Source: Verrucomicrobiota bacterium
Lineage (GTDB): Bacteria; Verrucomicrobiota; Kiritimatiellia; CAJWTS01
Length of the DNA stretch: 64,000 nucleotides
Assembly: GCA_027623315.1 (NCBI GenBank)
Contig: JAQBYD010000014.1
Coordinates: 375-64,374 of the forward strand
Direction: 5' to 3'
The position numbers and the translations under genes are program-made. The notes below the pieces were generated by a model, which saw nothing but the letters and a program-made list of their open reading frames with translations, was not told where the DNA came from and did no database searches. This document shows positions 41,877 to 51,986 of this stretch, piece by piece; position 1 is the first letter of the stretch; each line of letters opens with the position of its first letter.

Positions 41877-42803
41877 TCAAGCGACGGTGTGGGCGCGTGT
41901 TCTGGGGTTAAGCCAGGCGATGCATAGATCGACCAGTAAATTGAAGAAGACCACAATCACTGCGTAGAAAGCGACGAGGCCCAGGATCAGCGGGTAGTCG
42001 CGATTGAATGCCGACATCACGAACATGCGCCCCAGTCCCGGGATCTGAAAGATGGTCTCGACGACGAAAGATCCGGTGATGATTCCGGCGGCGGCCGGTC
42101 CAAGAAAGGAGACCACCGGGATCATCGCATTCTTCAGGGCATGGCGAATCAGGATCTGACCTTCGTTCAGACCCTTCGCGCGTGCCGTACGGATGTAGTC
42201 CTGTGGCAGGACCTCGAGCATGCTGCCGCGGCTCAAGCGGGCGATGTAGGCCGCGACACCCAGCCCCAGGGTGATGGCCGGCAGAACCCGGTCAGACGGC
42301 TCTTCCCAGCCGGCAACATTGAACCAGCCATAGTGCAAGCCGCACACCAGCGCGAGAACCGGGCCGATCACGAAGGAGGGTACGCAGATCCCGGTCATCG
42401 CAACCGGCATGACCAGGTGGTCCCACCACTGGTTATGGCGCAATGCAGCGCTCAAGCCCGAGGCCAGGCCGAAGAGCAGCGCGAAGACCATCGCGTACAG
42501 GCCGAGCTCGAGTGATACGGGAAAGTTCTGGGCGATGATGTCGTTGACCGTGCGCGTCGGATTGTGAATCGACGGCCCGAGATCGCCACGTATCGCACAC
42601 GCGAGATAGTTCAGATACTGGATGGGCAGCGGATCGTCCAGGCCATAGAACTCGTTCATACGCTGGATCGCATCCTCTGGGTAGTTTCGCTCGGCCGTAA
42701 AGGGGCCGCCGGGTGCGAGGCGAATCAGGAAGAAGGTGACCGTGACGACCGCGAGCAGGACGGGAATCAGTTCAAGCAGGCGGCGGATCGTGAAGCGCAG
42801 CAT
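41877..42803 (-). CDS. oppB: Oligopeptide ABC permease, OppB-like
   Basis: APGGPF, GDLGPS, DYIRTARAKG, HALKNA, VETIF.IPGLG. Confidence 0.9.
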   Translation of the reverse strand: MLRFTIRRLLELIPVLLAVVTVTFFLIRLAPGGPFTAERNYPEDAIQRMNEFYGLDDPLPIQYLNYLACAIRGDLGPSIHNPTRTVNDIIAQNFPVSLELGLYAMVFALLFGLASGLSAALRHNQWWDHLVMPVAMTGICVPSFVIGPVLALVCGLHYGWFNVAGWEEPSDRVLPAITLGLGVAAYIARLSRGSMLEVLPQDYIRTARAKGLNEGQILIRHALKNAMIPVVSFLGPAAAGIITGSFVVETIFQIPGLGRMFVMSAFNRDYPLILGLVAFYAVIVVFFNLLVDLCIAWLNPRTRAHTVA

Positions 42804-42863
42804 GGGATCCAGTGTTGAAAGACGTGCGGCCGGGGTGAGGGCTGTAACCGAGCCCTCTTTATC

Positions 42864-44492
42864 TCACTTCAGGTCGAGATGCTTATACGGATGATGATCG
42901 AGAATGGTGGGATTCCATCCCTGTACGGAGGGATCGACGAGCGATTTGCTGCGATAGGAGTAGATCGGCATGATGGGCGACTCCTTCATGAGAATCGTCT
43001 CTGCTTCGGAGAACGTTTTGAAGCGCTGCGTTGGATCCAGGGTTGTCGATGCCTCGCGAATGAGCCGGTCGTAGTCGGCGTTCGACCAGTTTGCGCGGTT
43101 GTTCCCGCCACCCGTAACCCACATGTCGAGAAACGAGTTGGGATCCACGTAATCTCCGATCCAACCGGCGCGCGCGATATCGTAGGTCCCGCGTTGCGTA
43201 GCGTCGAGGTAGACCTTCCATTCCATGTTTTCCAATTGGATCTCGATACCAAGCGCCTTCTTCCACATCTGTTGGATCACCTGCGCGATGCGCTCATGCG
43301 CATCCGACGTGTTATAGAGCAGCTTCAGGGAGGGGAATCCCTCGCCTGCGGGGTAACCGGCGTCGGCCAGGAGTTTCCTGGCCTCCCCCAGCTCGTCGGA
43401 AATACGGGCGTCCGTCTGGTACCCGGCAGTGCCGGGAGGCGTGAAGTGGTAGGCCGGATCTTCTCCCGCCTTGGTGACGCGCTCGACAATCGTGGCGCGG
43501 TCGATCGCCATGGACAGCGCGCGACGCACACGCGGATCGTCGAGCGGCTTTCGTTGGACGTTGAAGATGTAATAGTAGGTGCCGAGATAGGGGTCGAGAC
43601 GAAGCAGGTCGGGTTGGTTGTCGCGGTAGTGCGCGATGCGGTCGATCGGAATCGTGCTCGTTACATGCAGTTTGCCGCTGCGGAACGTACGCTCCTCGGT
43701 GGCGTGATCCCCGATCGGGTGGAAGTGAATTTCGTCGATCTTGACCGTCGCGCGGTCCCAGTACATCGGATTCCGTGTCACGGTGATCTTCTGGTCCGGC
43801 TCCCACGACGCCAGGACGTAAGGCCCGTTGCCGATGTGCGACTCGGGGCGGGTCCAGCCCGTGGATCTCTGATCGATGGTTCCGTGCTGGAGAATCGTGG
43901 GCGGATGGACCGGGAACCACGAGTAGTGATTCAGGACTGCAAGGAAGTAGGGCGTTGGCGCCGCCAGCGTGATTTTCAGGGTGCGATCGTCAATCGCCTG
44001 CACTCCGACTGGTTCGAAGTCGTCGAGCGTTCCCTTGTTGTATGCCTCCCCGTTCTCGAGGAGATAGAGCATGTAGGCGTACGGTGCCCCGAGGGCGGGC
44101 GTCAACATCCGCTTGTACGAGAAGACGAAGTCGTGCGCCGTGACCGGATCCCCGTTGGACCAGCGTGCTTCTTCGCGAAAGTGGAAGGTGTAGACGCGAC
44201 CGTCTGCGGAGAGCTCCCAGCGGGTTGCCACACCGGGCACGGGGTCGAGCGTTTCGGGATCCTCTGCGACCAGTCCTTCAATCAACGCGCAGATGATGTT
44301 GTGCTCGGTGACGCCGGTGACGATATGCGGGTCCAGATCCTGCGGTTCGGATCCGTTGCCCAGGCGCAGAATCTTGGCGGTGTCGGCGGCGTCGGCGGGG
44401 TCTGGCCGCGCCTGCTTCTCGCGCTTGGAGCAGGCCGTGCCGCTGAGCAGAAGCAGGCTTACGGCGAGGCAGAGCTGGAAGAAGGGTCTCAT
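42864..44492 (-). CDS. oppA: Oligopeptide-binding lipoprotein, OppA-like
   Basis: Lipobox-like GTAC; EPQDLDP, WSNGDPVTAHDF, NGPY, RAGWIGDY.DP. Confidence 0.9.
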   Translation of the reverse strand: MRPFFQLCLAVSLLLLSGTACSKREKQARPDPADAADTAKILRLGNGSEPQDLDPHIVTGVTEHNIICALIEGLVAEDPETLDPVPGVATRWELSADGRVYTFHFREEARWSNGDPVTAHDFVFSYKRMLTPALGAPYAYMLYLLENGEAYNKGTLDDFEPVGVQAIDDRTLKITLAAPTPYFLAVLNHYSWFPVHPPTILQHGTIDQRSTGWTRPESHIGNGPYVLASWEPDQKITVTRNPMYWDRATVKIDEIHFHPIGDHATEERTFRSGKLHVTSTIPIDRIAHYRDNQPDLLRLDPYLGTYYYIFNVQRKPLDDPRVRRALSMAIDRATIVERVTKAGEDPAYHFTPPGTAGYQTDARISDELGEARKLLADAGYPAGEGFPSLKLLYNTSDAHERIAQVIQQMWKKALGIEIQLENMEWKVYLDATQRGTYDIARAGWIGDYVDPNSFLDMWVTGGGNNRANWSNADYDRLIREASTTLDPTQRFKTFSEAETILMKESPIMPIYSYRSKSLVDPSVQGWNPTILDHHPYKHLDLK

Positions 44493-44558
44493 ATGACGGG
44501 CGATAGTCTAGTCGTGCGTGACGCCTATACCGAGAACTTTAATCGTGCCTGGAGGCGG

Positions 44559-45548
44559 TTACAATTCATCCACGCGCATGCATGCAACCTGGTGCGCGCG
44601 GGCGACGTCTTTGAGCGCCTGCTCGCTTTGCCGGCAGGCATCCAGCGCGTGGGCGCAGCGTGTGTGAAAGCGGCAACCCGGCGGCGGGGATGCCGGGGAC
44701 GGCACATCGCCGGTTAGCACGATTCGGCCTTTACCCTCCACGCCCACCTGCGGGATGGCCGAGACCAGTGCCCTCGTATAGGGGTGGCGCGGCGCGGAGA
44801 TGATCGCTTCGGCCGGCCCGATCTCAACCAGTTCCCCGAGATACATTACCGCGATGCGATCGCATACGTGCCGGACCACGCTCAGATCATGCGAGATGAA
44901 GAGATAGGCGAGGTTGTACTTCTCGCGCAGATCCATCAGCAGATTCACAACCTGTGCCTGTACCGATACATCCAGTGCGCTCACGGCTTCGTCGCACAGA
45001 ATCAGCTTCGGTTTTAGCGCGATGGCGCGCGCGACGCCGATGCGCTGACGTTGCCCGCCGGAGAATTCATGCGGATAGCGGTGCAGGGAGTCGTGGCCGA
45101 GTCCCACGTCATTCAAGAGCTCGATCGCCGCGGTCTCACGGTCGGCGTTTCCGATCAGACCATGCACGATGAGCGCCTCGGTAATAATGTCGATCACGGT
45201 CATGCGCGGGTTCAGCGACGAGAACGGGTCCTGGAAAATGACTTGGAGATCCCGCCGCATACGGCGCAGGTCCTCGCTTCGCATCGTATGCAGGGCCTGT
45301 CCCTCAAAGGCAATCGAACCCGACTGGATGGGGTCCAATCCAAGGATCGACCGCGCGAGTGTGGTCTTGCCGCAACCGGACTCGCCGACGAGGCCGAGGG
45401 TCTCGCCCTCCCGAATCTCGAGCGAGACGCCATCGACAGCTCGAACGTGGGCCACGGTGCGAGAGAAGACGCCGCGACGGATCGGAAACCAGGTCTTCAG
45501 ATCGGTGATCTTCAACAGCGCGGGTGATGTGGCGACGGCGTTGCTCAT
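44559..45548 (-). CDS. oppF: Peptide ABC ATPase, OppF-like
   Basis: GESGCGKT, YPHEFSGGQRQR, DEAVSALD, HPYT, C-terminal Cys cluster. Confidence 0.9.
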   Translation of the reverse strand: MSNAVATSPALLKITDLKTWFPIRRGVFSRTVAHVRAVDGVSLEIREGETLGLVGESGCGKTTLARSILGLDPIQSGSIAFEGQALHTMRSEDLRRMRRDLQVIFQDPFSSLNPRMTVIDIITEALIVHGLIGNADRETAAIELLNDVGLGHDSLHRYPHEFSGGQRQRIGVARAIALKPKLILCDEAVSALDVSVQAQVVNLLMDLREKYNLAYLFISHDLSVVRHVCDRIAVMYLGELVEIGPAEAIISAPRHPYTRALVSAIPQVGVEGKGRIVLTGDVPSPASPPPGCRFHTRCAHALDACRQSEQALKDVARAHQVACMRVDEL

Positions 45549-46528
45549 ATGGGGGGGACGGACTGATTGGGGTCGGACAAAAAGCAACGAGCCGCGACCC
45601 GATCGGCTTCGTACAGCGGTGGCATCTCCAGTTCGCATCGCTCGAAGGCCTTGCAGCAGCGGTCTCGAAAGCGGCAGCCGCCGGGGTACGCGAGCGGGGA
45701 GGGGACCTGGCCGTCGATCGTCTCCAGTTCGCCGCGCGCTCCCGTGAGCTTCGGGATGGATCGGATCAGCGCCTCGGTGTACGGGTGGCGGGGTCGGGCA
45801 AAGAGATCCCGAAGGGCGGCGGTTTCGACGACCTGCGAAGCGTACATGACCGTTACGCGCTCACACATCTCCCAGATGACGCCCATGTCGTGCGTGATCA
45901 GGAGCAGCGAGGTCTCATCGCGTTTCATCGCCTTGATCAACTCGAGCACCTGTGCCTGGACCGTAACGTCCAGTGCCGTCGTCGGCTCGTCGGCGATAAT
46001 GAGCTCGGGCTCGAGCATGAGCGCCATGGCGATCATGACACGCTGCCGCATGCCGCCGGAGAGTTGGAAGGGATAGGACTGCATGCGTTGCGCCGGATCC
46101 GGGATTCCCACTTTTCCAAGCCACTCGACGGCGCGCCGCGCCGCATCGGATTTCGGCACATCTTCGTGCAGCTGAATTGCCTCGATCAACTGGTGACCGA
46201 CTCGTTTGAGGGGGGATAGCGCCGTCATCGGTTCCTGGAAAATAATGCTGATCGATTTTCCGCGAATCTCCCGCAGATCCTGGTCCGGGATCGTCAGCAT
46301 GTCCCGGTCGTGGAAATGAATCCGGCCGGATTCGATGCGTCCCGGCGGGCTTGGTATCAGGCGTAGAATGCTCATCGCCGTCACGGATTTTCCGCAACCG
46401 GATTCGCCCACCAGCCCAAGCGTCTCGCCCTTGCCGATGGAAAGCGAGACGCCCTCGACGGCCGTCAAGGTTCCCTCATCCGTATCGAAGCGGACCGTGA
46501 GATCTTCGATCTCGAGTAGTGTGTCCAT
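45545..46528 (-). CDS. oppD: Peptide ABC ATPase, OppD-like
   Basis: [28 protein letters not shown]. Confidence 0.9.
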   Translation of the reverse strand: MDTLLEIEDLTVRFDTDEGTLTAVEGVSLSIGKGETLGLVGESGCGKSVTAMSILRLIPSPPGRIESGRIHFHDRDMLTIPDQDLREIRGKSISIIFQEPMTALSPLKRVGHQLIEAIQLHEDVPKSDAARRAVEWLGKVGIPDPAQRMQSYPFQLSGGMRQRVMIAMALMLEPELIIADEPTTALDVTVQAQVLELIKAMKRDETSLLLITHDMGVIWEMCERVTVMYASQVVETAALRDLFARPRHPYTEALIRSIPKLTGARGELETIDGQVPSPLAYPGGCRFRDRCCKAFERCELEMPPLYEADRVAARCFLSDPNQSVPPI

Positions 46529-46529
46529 C

Positions 46530-48128
46530 TTAGCGCATCCTCGAAAAACGACGTGGGTCGTACGCATCGCGCACGCCTTCACCGATGAAGACGCCGAGCA
46601 GCATCACGATGAAAAGTGCAAGCGACGGGTAGAGGATAAGCCACCAGGCCCACCGAAACGTCTGCGCCTGGTGCAGCAATTCGCCCCAACTGGGCGTCGG
46701 CGGCGGAAGTCCGAACCCGAGGTAGTCCAGGGCCGCGAGAGAGCCGATCGCACCGACCAGCGAGAACGGAAAGAACGTGATCACGGGCGTGATCGCGTTG
46801 GGGAGGATATGACGCAGGATGATCCTCCCCGGCCGCACCCCGAGGCACTTCGCTGCGTCGGCGAAGGATTGCTTTCGCAGCCGTAGAAACTCGGCCCGCA
46901 TGTAATACGAGATTCCGATCCAGTTAAAGATTCCGTAGCACACGAGCAACAGCATGAAACTGCGGCCGTATACCGATCCCAGCAGAATGATCACGTACAG
47001 AAAGGGCAGGGCACTCCAGATCTCGGTGGCACGTTGGCCGATGAGATCGACTTTGCCGCCGTAGTATCCCTGGGCGGCTCCGATCAGGACGCCGACGATC
47101 ATGGAGAACACGACGAGAAGAAGGCCGAATGTCATCGAGATCCGCAGGCCGTACAGGACGCGCGCGAGTACATCGCGCCCGGCGCTGTCGATCCCCAGCC
47201 AGTGACCACGTACCGGCGGGTGCGGCCATGCGATGCTCTTTAACCGCACGCTCAGATCATACTGCCGGCCCTCGATCGAGAGCGGCACGGGGTCTACGGG
47301 CTCATTGAATGCGCGCCGGGCCAGGTCCTGGATGGAGGCCCGCTGGTCGTCGTCCAGGTCGGACCAGAGCTTGGAATTCCGCGGGGTCATCGTCAGGTCG
47401 GTCGAAAAGCGCAAGTGGTCCGCTTCGGCCGAGGCCGGTACTTGTTCCCGGAACGTAATGCGCACTGTGGAAGGTGGCTTGGACCGGACCTTGTAGGTCG
47501 AAAGTGATAGCACGGGAGGTGTTGTCGCGCCCCGCGTCGGTGCGGCGACCTCGCTGATGGCCCCGGATTCCGTGTTGCGAAATCGTGACGCGAGAGCGTC
47601 GCGAAATGCCGGTGAGAGGGGCCACGTGTCGTCGAGGACCTGTCCTCTGAGCTCTCGCTCCGCTACGGTGAAGAAGTGGTCCACCTGCGAGGCGCGGGCG
47701 ATCGTGAGATCCTCGCGGACATTGACGGTGCCCACGTGGGGAATCCGCGCGATCTGAACGTCCACGTGCGCTTCGGTTCGAAGCGACTCGGGGCTGATGT
47801 TTTCCAGGGGGCCATACGGAACCGCGGCGAATACGATTGTGTTGCCGGAGGTGTGGCTGAAGCCCGGTGAGAAGCGTAACGCCTTGTAGTCCGGCCGCGT
47901 TTCCTTGCCACCCGCTACAAACGTCGACTCGGGATAGAACCGCAAGACCGGAAAGTACGAGCGGCCCTCGAAGCGCACGTAGAGCGGTTTATCGTTGCAG
48001 ATCAGTTCCGCCCCGAGGCTGACCACGTAGAGCAGGAGCAGAATGCGAAGGGCCCACAGGGCGCGTTTATGCTCCTTGAATCGAGCAATGCGCTTGAGCG
48101 TGATGGGGTCTTTGATCAGCGGGCGCAT
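46530..48128 (-). CDS. YejE-like peptide ABC permease with a large periplasmic insertion
   Basis: AELICNDKPL...YFP; HWLGIDSAGRDVLAR; MRAEFLR; GEGVRDAYDP. Confidence 0.85.
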   Translation of the reverse strand: MRPLIKDPITLKRIARFKEHKRALWALRILLLLYVVSLGAELICNDKPLYVRFEGRSYFPVLRFYPESTFVAGGKETRPDYKALRFSPGFSHTSGNTIVFAAVPYGPLENISPESLRTEAHVDVQIARIPHVGTVNVREDLTIARASQVDHFFTVAERELRGQVLDDTWPLSPAFRDALASRFRNTESGAISEVAAPTRGATTPPVLSLSTYKVRSKPPSTVRITFREQVPASAEADHLRFSTDLTMTPRNSKLWSDLDDDQRASIQDLARRAFNEPVDPVPLSIEGRQYDLSVRLKSIAWPHPPVRGHWLGIDSAGRDVLARVLYGLRISMTFGLLLVVFSMIVGVLIGAAQGYYGGKVDLIGQRATEIWSALPFLYVIILLGSVYGRSFMLLLVCYGIFNWIGISYYMRAEFLRLRKQSFADAAKCLGVRPGRIILRHILPNAITPVITFFPFSLVGAIGSLAALDYLGFGLPPPTPSWGELLHQAQTFRWAWWLILYPSLALFIVMLLGVFIGEGVRDAYDPRRFSRMR

Positions 48129-48130
48129 CG

Positions 48131-49171
48131 TCAATCCTGGAAATTAATACGCGGGTCGATCAGGACGTAACACAGATCCGAGATGATGTTGCCGATGAGG
48201 GCGAGGATGGAGGTCAGCGAAAGAATTCCCATGAAGACCGCGTAGTCTCGATTGATGACGACATCGATGCTCAGGCGTCCCATGCCCGGGATCTCGAAGA
48301 CCTGCTCGATGATGACCGATCCCGCAAACATGACCGTGAGGATCCCGCCGAAACCCGTCGCAATCGGAATCAGCGCGTTTCGGAGAGCGTGCCCCCAAAT
48401 CGCGAGCCGGGGCGTGCCTCCCTTGGCGAGCACGGTGCGGATATAGTCGCTGCCAATCTGGTCGAGCAACGAGTTCTTCATGAGGATTGTCAGGACAGCG
48501 AAGTTGCCGATGACGTAGCAGAGCACCGGCAGGAACATGTGCATGAATCGGTCCCGGAACTTGGCGCCAAGAGAGAGTTGATCGAAGTCGTCTACCTCGA
48601 AGCCTGATACCGGGAAGATATCCCAGAGGTTATCCACGGTGCCGGACACGAGCATCTTCAGGAGCATGCCGAACGCGAAAGCCGGAATGGCGTACCCGAC
48701 GAATACGATCGTGCTGGAGTAGAAATCGAAGCGGCTGCCGTGCCGCAGCGCCTTTGCGATTCCGAGCGGGATGCAAATCAGGTAGCTGAGCAGGAATCCG
48801 GTCATGCCGAAGATCAGGGAAACCGGAAAGCGATCGACGATGAGTTCCCAGGTCTTCTTGTTGGAAAACTTGTACGACTCTCGCATCAACCCCAGGCGGT
48901 CGCGCACCAGCCAGTCGTAGTATTGGACGTGCAACGGTTTGTCGAAGCCGAAGTGAGCCTCAATCTGCTTGCGATACTCCTCCGTATACGAGGCGAGGGC
49001 CTCGGCGCCCTGTGCGCCCCCTTCCGCCCCGGAGGCCCGCATCTGGAGCATGATTTGCTCCACGGGCCCGCCCGGCACGAACTGCGTGAGGGCGAAACAC
49101 AGAATCGTGATGCCCAGAAAGGTAGGGATCACCAGCAGGAGCCGCCGGATGAAATACTCGAATCTCTCCAT
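48131..49171 (-). CDS. YejB-like peptide ABC permease
   Basis: YFIRRLLL.IPT..GIT, QFVPGGPVEQ, GFDKP, HGSRFD, IDPRI. Confidence 0.88.
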   Translation of the reverse strand: MERFEYFIRRLLLVIPTFLGITILCFALTQFVPGGPVEQIMLQMRASGAEGGAQGAEALASYTEEYRKQIEAHFGFDKPLHVQYYDWLVRDRLGLMRESYKFSNKKTWELIVDRFPVSLIFGMTGFLLSYLICIPLGIAKALRHGSRFDFYSSTIVFVGYAIPAFAFGMLLKMLVSGTVDNLWDIFPVSGFEVDDFDQLSLGAKFRDRFMHMFLPVLCYVIGNFAVLTILMKNSLLDQIGSDYIRTVLAKGGTPRLAIWGHALRNALIPIATGFGGILTVMFAGSVIIEQVFEIPGMGRLSIDVVINRDYAVFMGILSLTSILALIGNIISDLCYVLIDPRINFQD

Positions 49172-49286
49172 GGTTCAATCGAGCTCGAGTGCGCGCGCCA
49201 AGTTCATTCGCATGAGCATAGCATCCTGCGCACGAATTTGAAGCGCTCATCCATCGTCTGCAGTCTGATGGAACCGCTTGCCGCGC

Positions 49287-50285
49287 TTAGCCTACCGCGA
49301 CGACCGTTCCGGTCTTGATCGACTCAATGGCCGCGGCAAGGACTTTCTGGGCAGCCAGTCCGTCTGCACCGGACCCGTCGATCTGATCCGCCGCGACGCC
49401 CGCGTTCACCTGCTCCACGAATCGGCCTAACCGCGCGATGAAGGTATCGTTGAAGTCGCGCATGCCGCCGAACACGGGATTCGTGTACACGGTCTTCTCC
49501 AGGTTGCCGGCGGGATAGAGCGTCGCTTCTTTGAACATATCGTCGATGACGAAGCGTCCGTCGACACCGGCGACCTCGCAACGCTCCATGGGGTGCCCGC
49601 GTTCGATGTCATAGCTGCCGGAGAGGTGTCCCAGTGCGCCACTGCGGAAGCGCATGTTGAACTGGGCCGTCGACCAGATCGTGCGTCCCGGTGCCTTGGT
49701 GGCAAAGCACTGCACGGCTTCAATGTCGCCGCAGAAATAACGCATGATATCGACGGTGTGGGGATGCAGCGCCTTGATCTGGAACCACTCGGAGGATTCG
49801 TTGGGATTCATAATCCACATGCTCATGTTCATGAAGAGTTGATGCCCGATGCGGCCCTCGTCCACCCACTTCCTGGCGAGTCGCGCGGCGGGGGTGAATC
49901 GATGGTTCAAGTTGATCCCGTAGCAGAGACCTCTCTGTGCGGCGAGGGTCACCATCTCCTCCGCGGGTCCAATCTCGTTGCAGATCGGCTTCTCGCCCAG
50001 CACATGCAGTCCGGCGGATAACGCTTGCATCGTAGGTTCGTAGTGGTCGCTGCCATACTCCGTGCCGCCGGTCGCGACGCTGACCATGGTCAACTCGGTC
50101 GCCCCCAGCATGTCGCTGACGGAATAGAAAGCCGGTACCTGCAGCCGTGCGGCAGATGCGTCGGCGCGCGCCTTATCCACATCGCACACGCAGACCAGGT
50201 CGGCGTCGGTCATCCCGGCATAGATGTCGGCGTGCAGATTCCCAATGGGTCCGCATCCTATTACGGCTATCTGTTGTGTGGTCAT
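49287..50285 (-). CDS. Gfo/Idh/MocA-family oxidoreductase
   Basis: IGCGPIG Rossmann motif, HVLGEKP, NHRF, HTVD. Confidence 0.9.
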   Translation of the reverse strand: MTTQQIAVIGCGPIGNLHADIYAGMTDADLVCVCDVDKARADASAARLQVPAFYSVSDMLGATELTMVSVATGGTEYGSDHYEPTMQALSAGLHVLGEKPICNEIGPAEEMVTLAAQRGLCYGINLNHRFTPAARLARKWVDEGRIGHQLFMNMSMWIMNPNESSEWFQIKALHPHTVDIMRYFCGDIEAVQCFATKAPGRTIWSTAQFNMRFRSGALGHLSGSYDIERGHPMERCEVAGVDGRFVIDDMFKEATLYPAGNLEKTVYTNPVFGGMRDFNDTFIARLGRFVEQVNAGVAADQIDGSGADGLAAQKVLAAAIESIKTGTVVAVG

Positions 50286-50314
50286 GCTTCTCAGTGGCAC
50301 CGATGTCGATTTCA

Positions 50315-50391
50315 GCTCGCGGGGACGCTCGCCCTCCATTCCGGATTCTCAGATGTCGTGCGTCCTATGGATGGCGAGCGTCCCCGCGAGC
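50315..50391. repeat. REP doublet, intergenic copy
   Basis: GCTCGCGGGGACGCTCGCCCTCCA ... TGGATGGCGAGCGTCCCCGCGAGC (one mismatch). Confidence 0.9.
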
Positions 50392-50509
50392 CGGTCCAGC
50401 AGACGTGGATACCCTAGACCGCCCAAATTCGCAACGCCGGAATATGGGAGAGCGGACCCGCAGGTCGAGTGAGTTGCCGCCCGGAGAGCATATGATAAGG
50501 TGACGCGCC

Positions 50510-51982
50510 ATGGTCTTCAGTTCGCTATTGTTCCTGTTCTACTTCCTGCCCGTGGTCCTGGCGGTCTACTACATCGCCGTACAGCTGGGGCGCCGCCCGG
50601 CGCACCTGGTGCTGACGCTGCTCAGCTACCTGTTCTATGGCTGGGCCAATCCAGCCTTCGTGGTTCTCATGTTCGGCTCGACCGTGGTGGACTACATCTG
50701 CGGCCTCGTCATGACGGGGCAACTTGGCAGGGGACGGACGTCGGGCCAGATCCCTCTGCTCGAGCCCGGCGGCGCGCGCAGCCGTGGACAACGCGTTGCA
50801 CTGACCGTCTCGATCATCACCAATCTCTCCCTGCTCGGCTTCTTCAAGTACTTCAACTTCGGAATGGATACGTGGAACGCTGTGATGGGTGGCATGGGGT
50901 TGGACAGCGCGGTCTACGACAACTTCCTGAGGATTACGCTGCCGCTCGGGATCAGTTTTTACACCTTCCAGTCTATGAGCTATTCGATTGATGTCTTTCG
51001 CGGCGAAGCGCGTGCAATTCGCAATCCACTCGACTTCTCGTGTTATGTTGCCATGTTCCCTCAGCTCGTCGCGGGGCCGATCATCCGTTTTCAAGAGGTC
51101 GCTGAGCAGTTGCGCGAGCGCACGCACACGGTTGAGAAGTTCGCGCGCGGCACGGCCTTCTTCATGCTGGGGATGTCCAAGAAGGTCCTGCTTGCCGATC
51201 CCTGCGGCAAGATCGCAGACGAATGTTTCGGCGCGGCCGGTCTCTACGCACTGGATGCGTGGGTGGGGGCCGTCGGCTACGCATTCCAGATCTATTTCGA
51301 TTTCAGCGCCTACTCGGACATGGCGATCGGACTGGGCCTGATGTTCGGATTCGTCTTTCCCAAGAATTTCGACTCCCCGTATCGCGCGGCTTCTATCACT
51401 GAGTTCTGGCGCCGCTGGCACCTGTCTCTATCCACATGGCTACGCGACTATCTCTACATTCCACTGGGCGGGAACCGCGGGAGCTCGGGGCGAACCTACG
51501 TGAACCTGATGATGGTCATGCTGCTGGGCGGGCTGTGGCACGGCTCGTCGTGGAACTTCGTGATCTGGGGCGCCATTCACGGTGGGATGCTCGCCGTCGA
51601 ACGGTTGATGGGACGCACCAGTTTCTATGCGCGCTTGCCGCGCCCCGTCTCGGTGTTGATCACCTTCCTGATCGTGTGCATCGCGTGGGTGTTCTTCCGC
51701 GCGCCGACGCTGGGCGATGCCTTCGTCTACCTCGGATCGATGTTTGGTGCCGGAGCGGACCATCCCGCCGCCGCCGCGCTGGCGGCCGGCCAGGCCTTCA
51801 CACCCTATCATCTCTTCACGCTCGGCCTTGCGGGCGTCCTGGTCTGGGCCGGGCCGCAGACATGGGATTTCACACGCAACTTGACGTGGCCGAAGACCGC
51901 CGCCGTGATTGTGTGCTTTACGATCGCGCTGATCTTGTTGGCGGCGACGTCCTTTCACCCATTCATCTATTTCATATTCTGA
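50510..51982 (+). CDS. MBOAT O-acyltransferase, AlgI-like
   Basis: MVFSS..FLF.FLP, LPLGISFYTFQ, FPQLVAGPI, QIYFDFSAYSDMA, WRRWH.SLS.W, GLWHG. Confidence 0.93.
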   Translation: MVFSSLLFLFYFLPVVLAVYYIAVQLGRRPAHLVLTLLSYLFYGWANPAFVVLMFGSTVVDYICGLVMTGQLGRGRTSGQIPLLEPGGARSRGQRVALTVSIITNLSLLGFFKYFNFGMDTWNAVMGGMGLDSAVYDNFLRITLPLGISFYTFQSMSYSIDVFRGEARAIRNPLDFSCYVAMFPQLVAGPIIRFQEVAEQLRERTHTVEKFARGTAFFMLGMSKKVLLADPCGKIADECFGAAGLYALDAWVGAVGYAFQIYFDFSAYSDMAIGLGLMFGFVFPKNFDSPYRAASITEFWRRWHLSLSTWLRDYLYIPLGGNRGSSGRTYVNLMMVMLLGGLWHGSSWNFVIWGAIHGGMLAVERLMGRTSFYARLPRPVSVLITFLIVCIAWVFFRAPTLGDAFVYLGSMFGAGADHPAAAALAAGQAFTPYHLFTLGLAGVLVWAGPQTWDFTRNLTWPKTAAVIVCFTIALILLAATSFHPFIYFIF

Positions 51983-51986
51983 GCCC

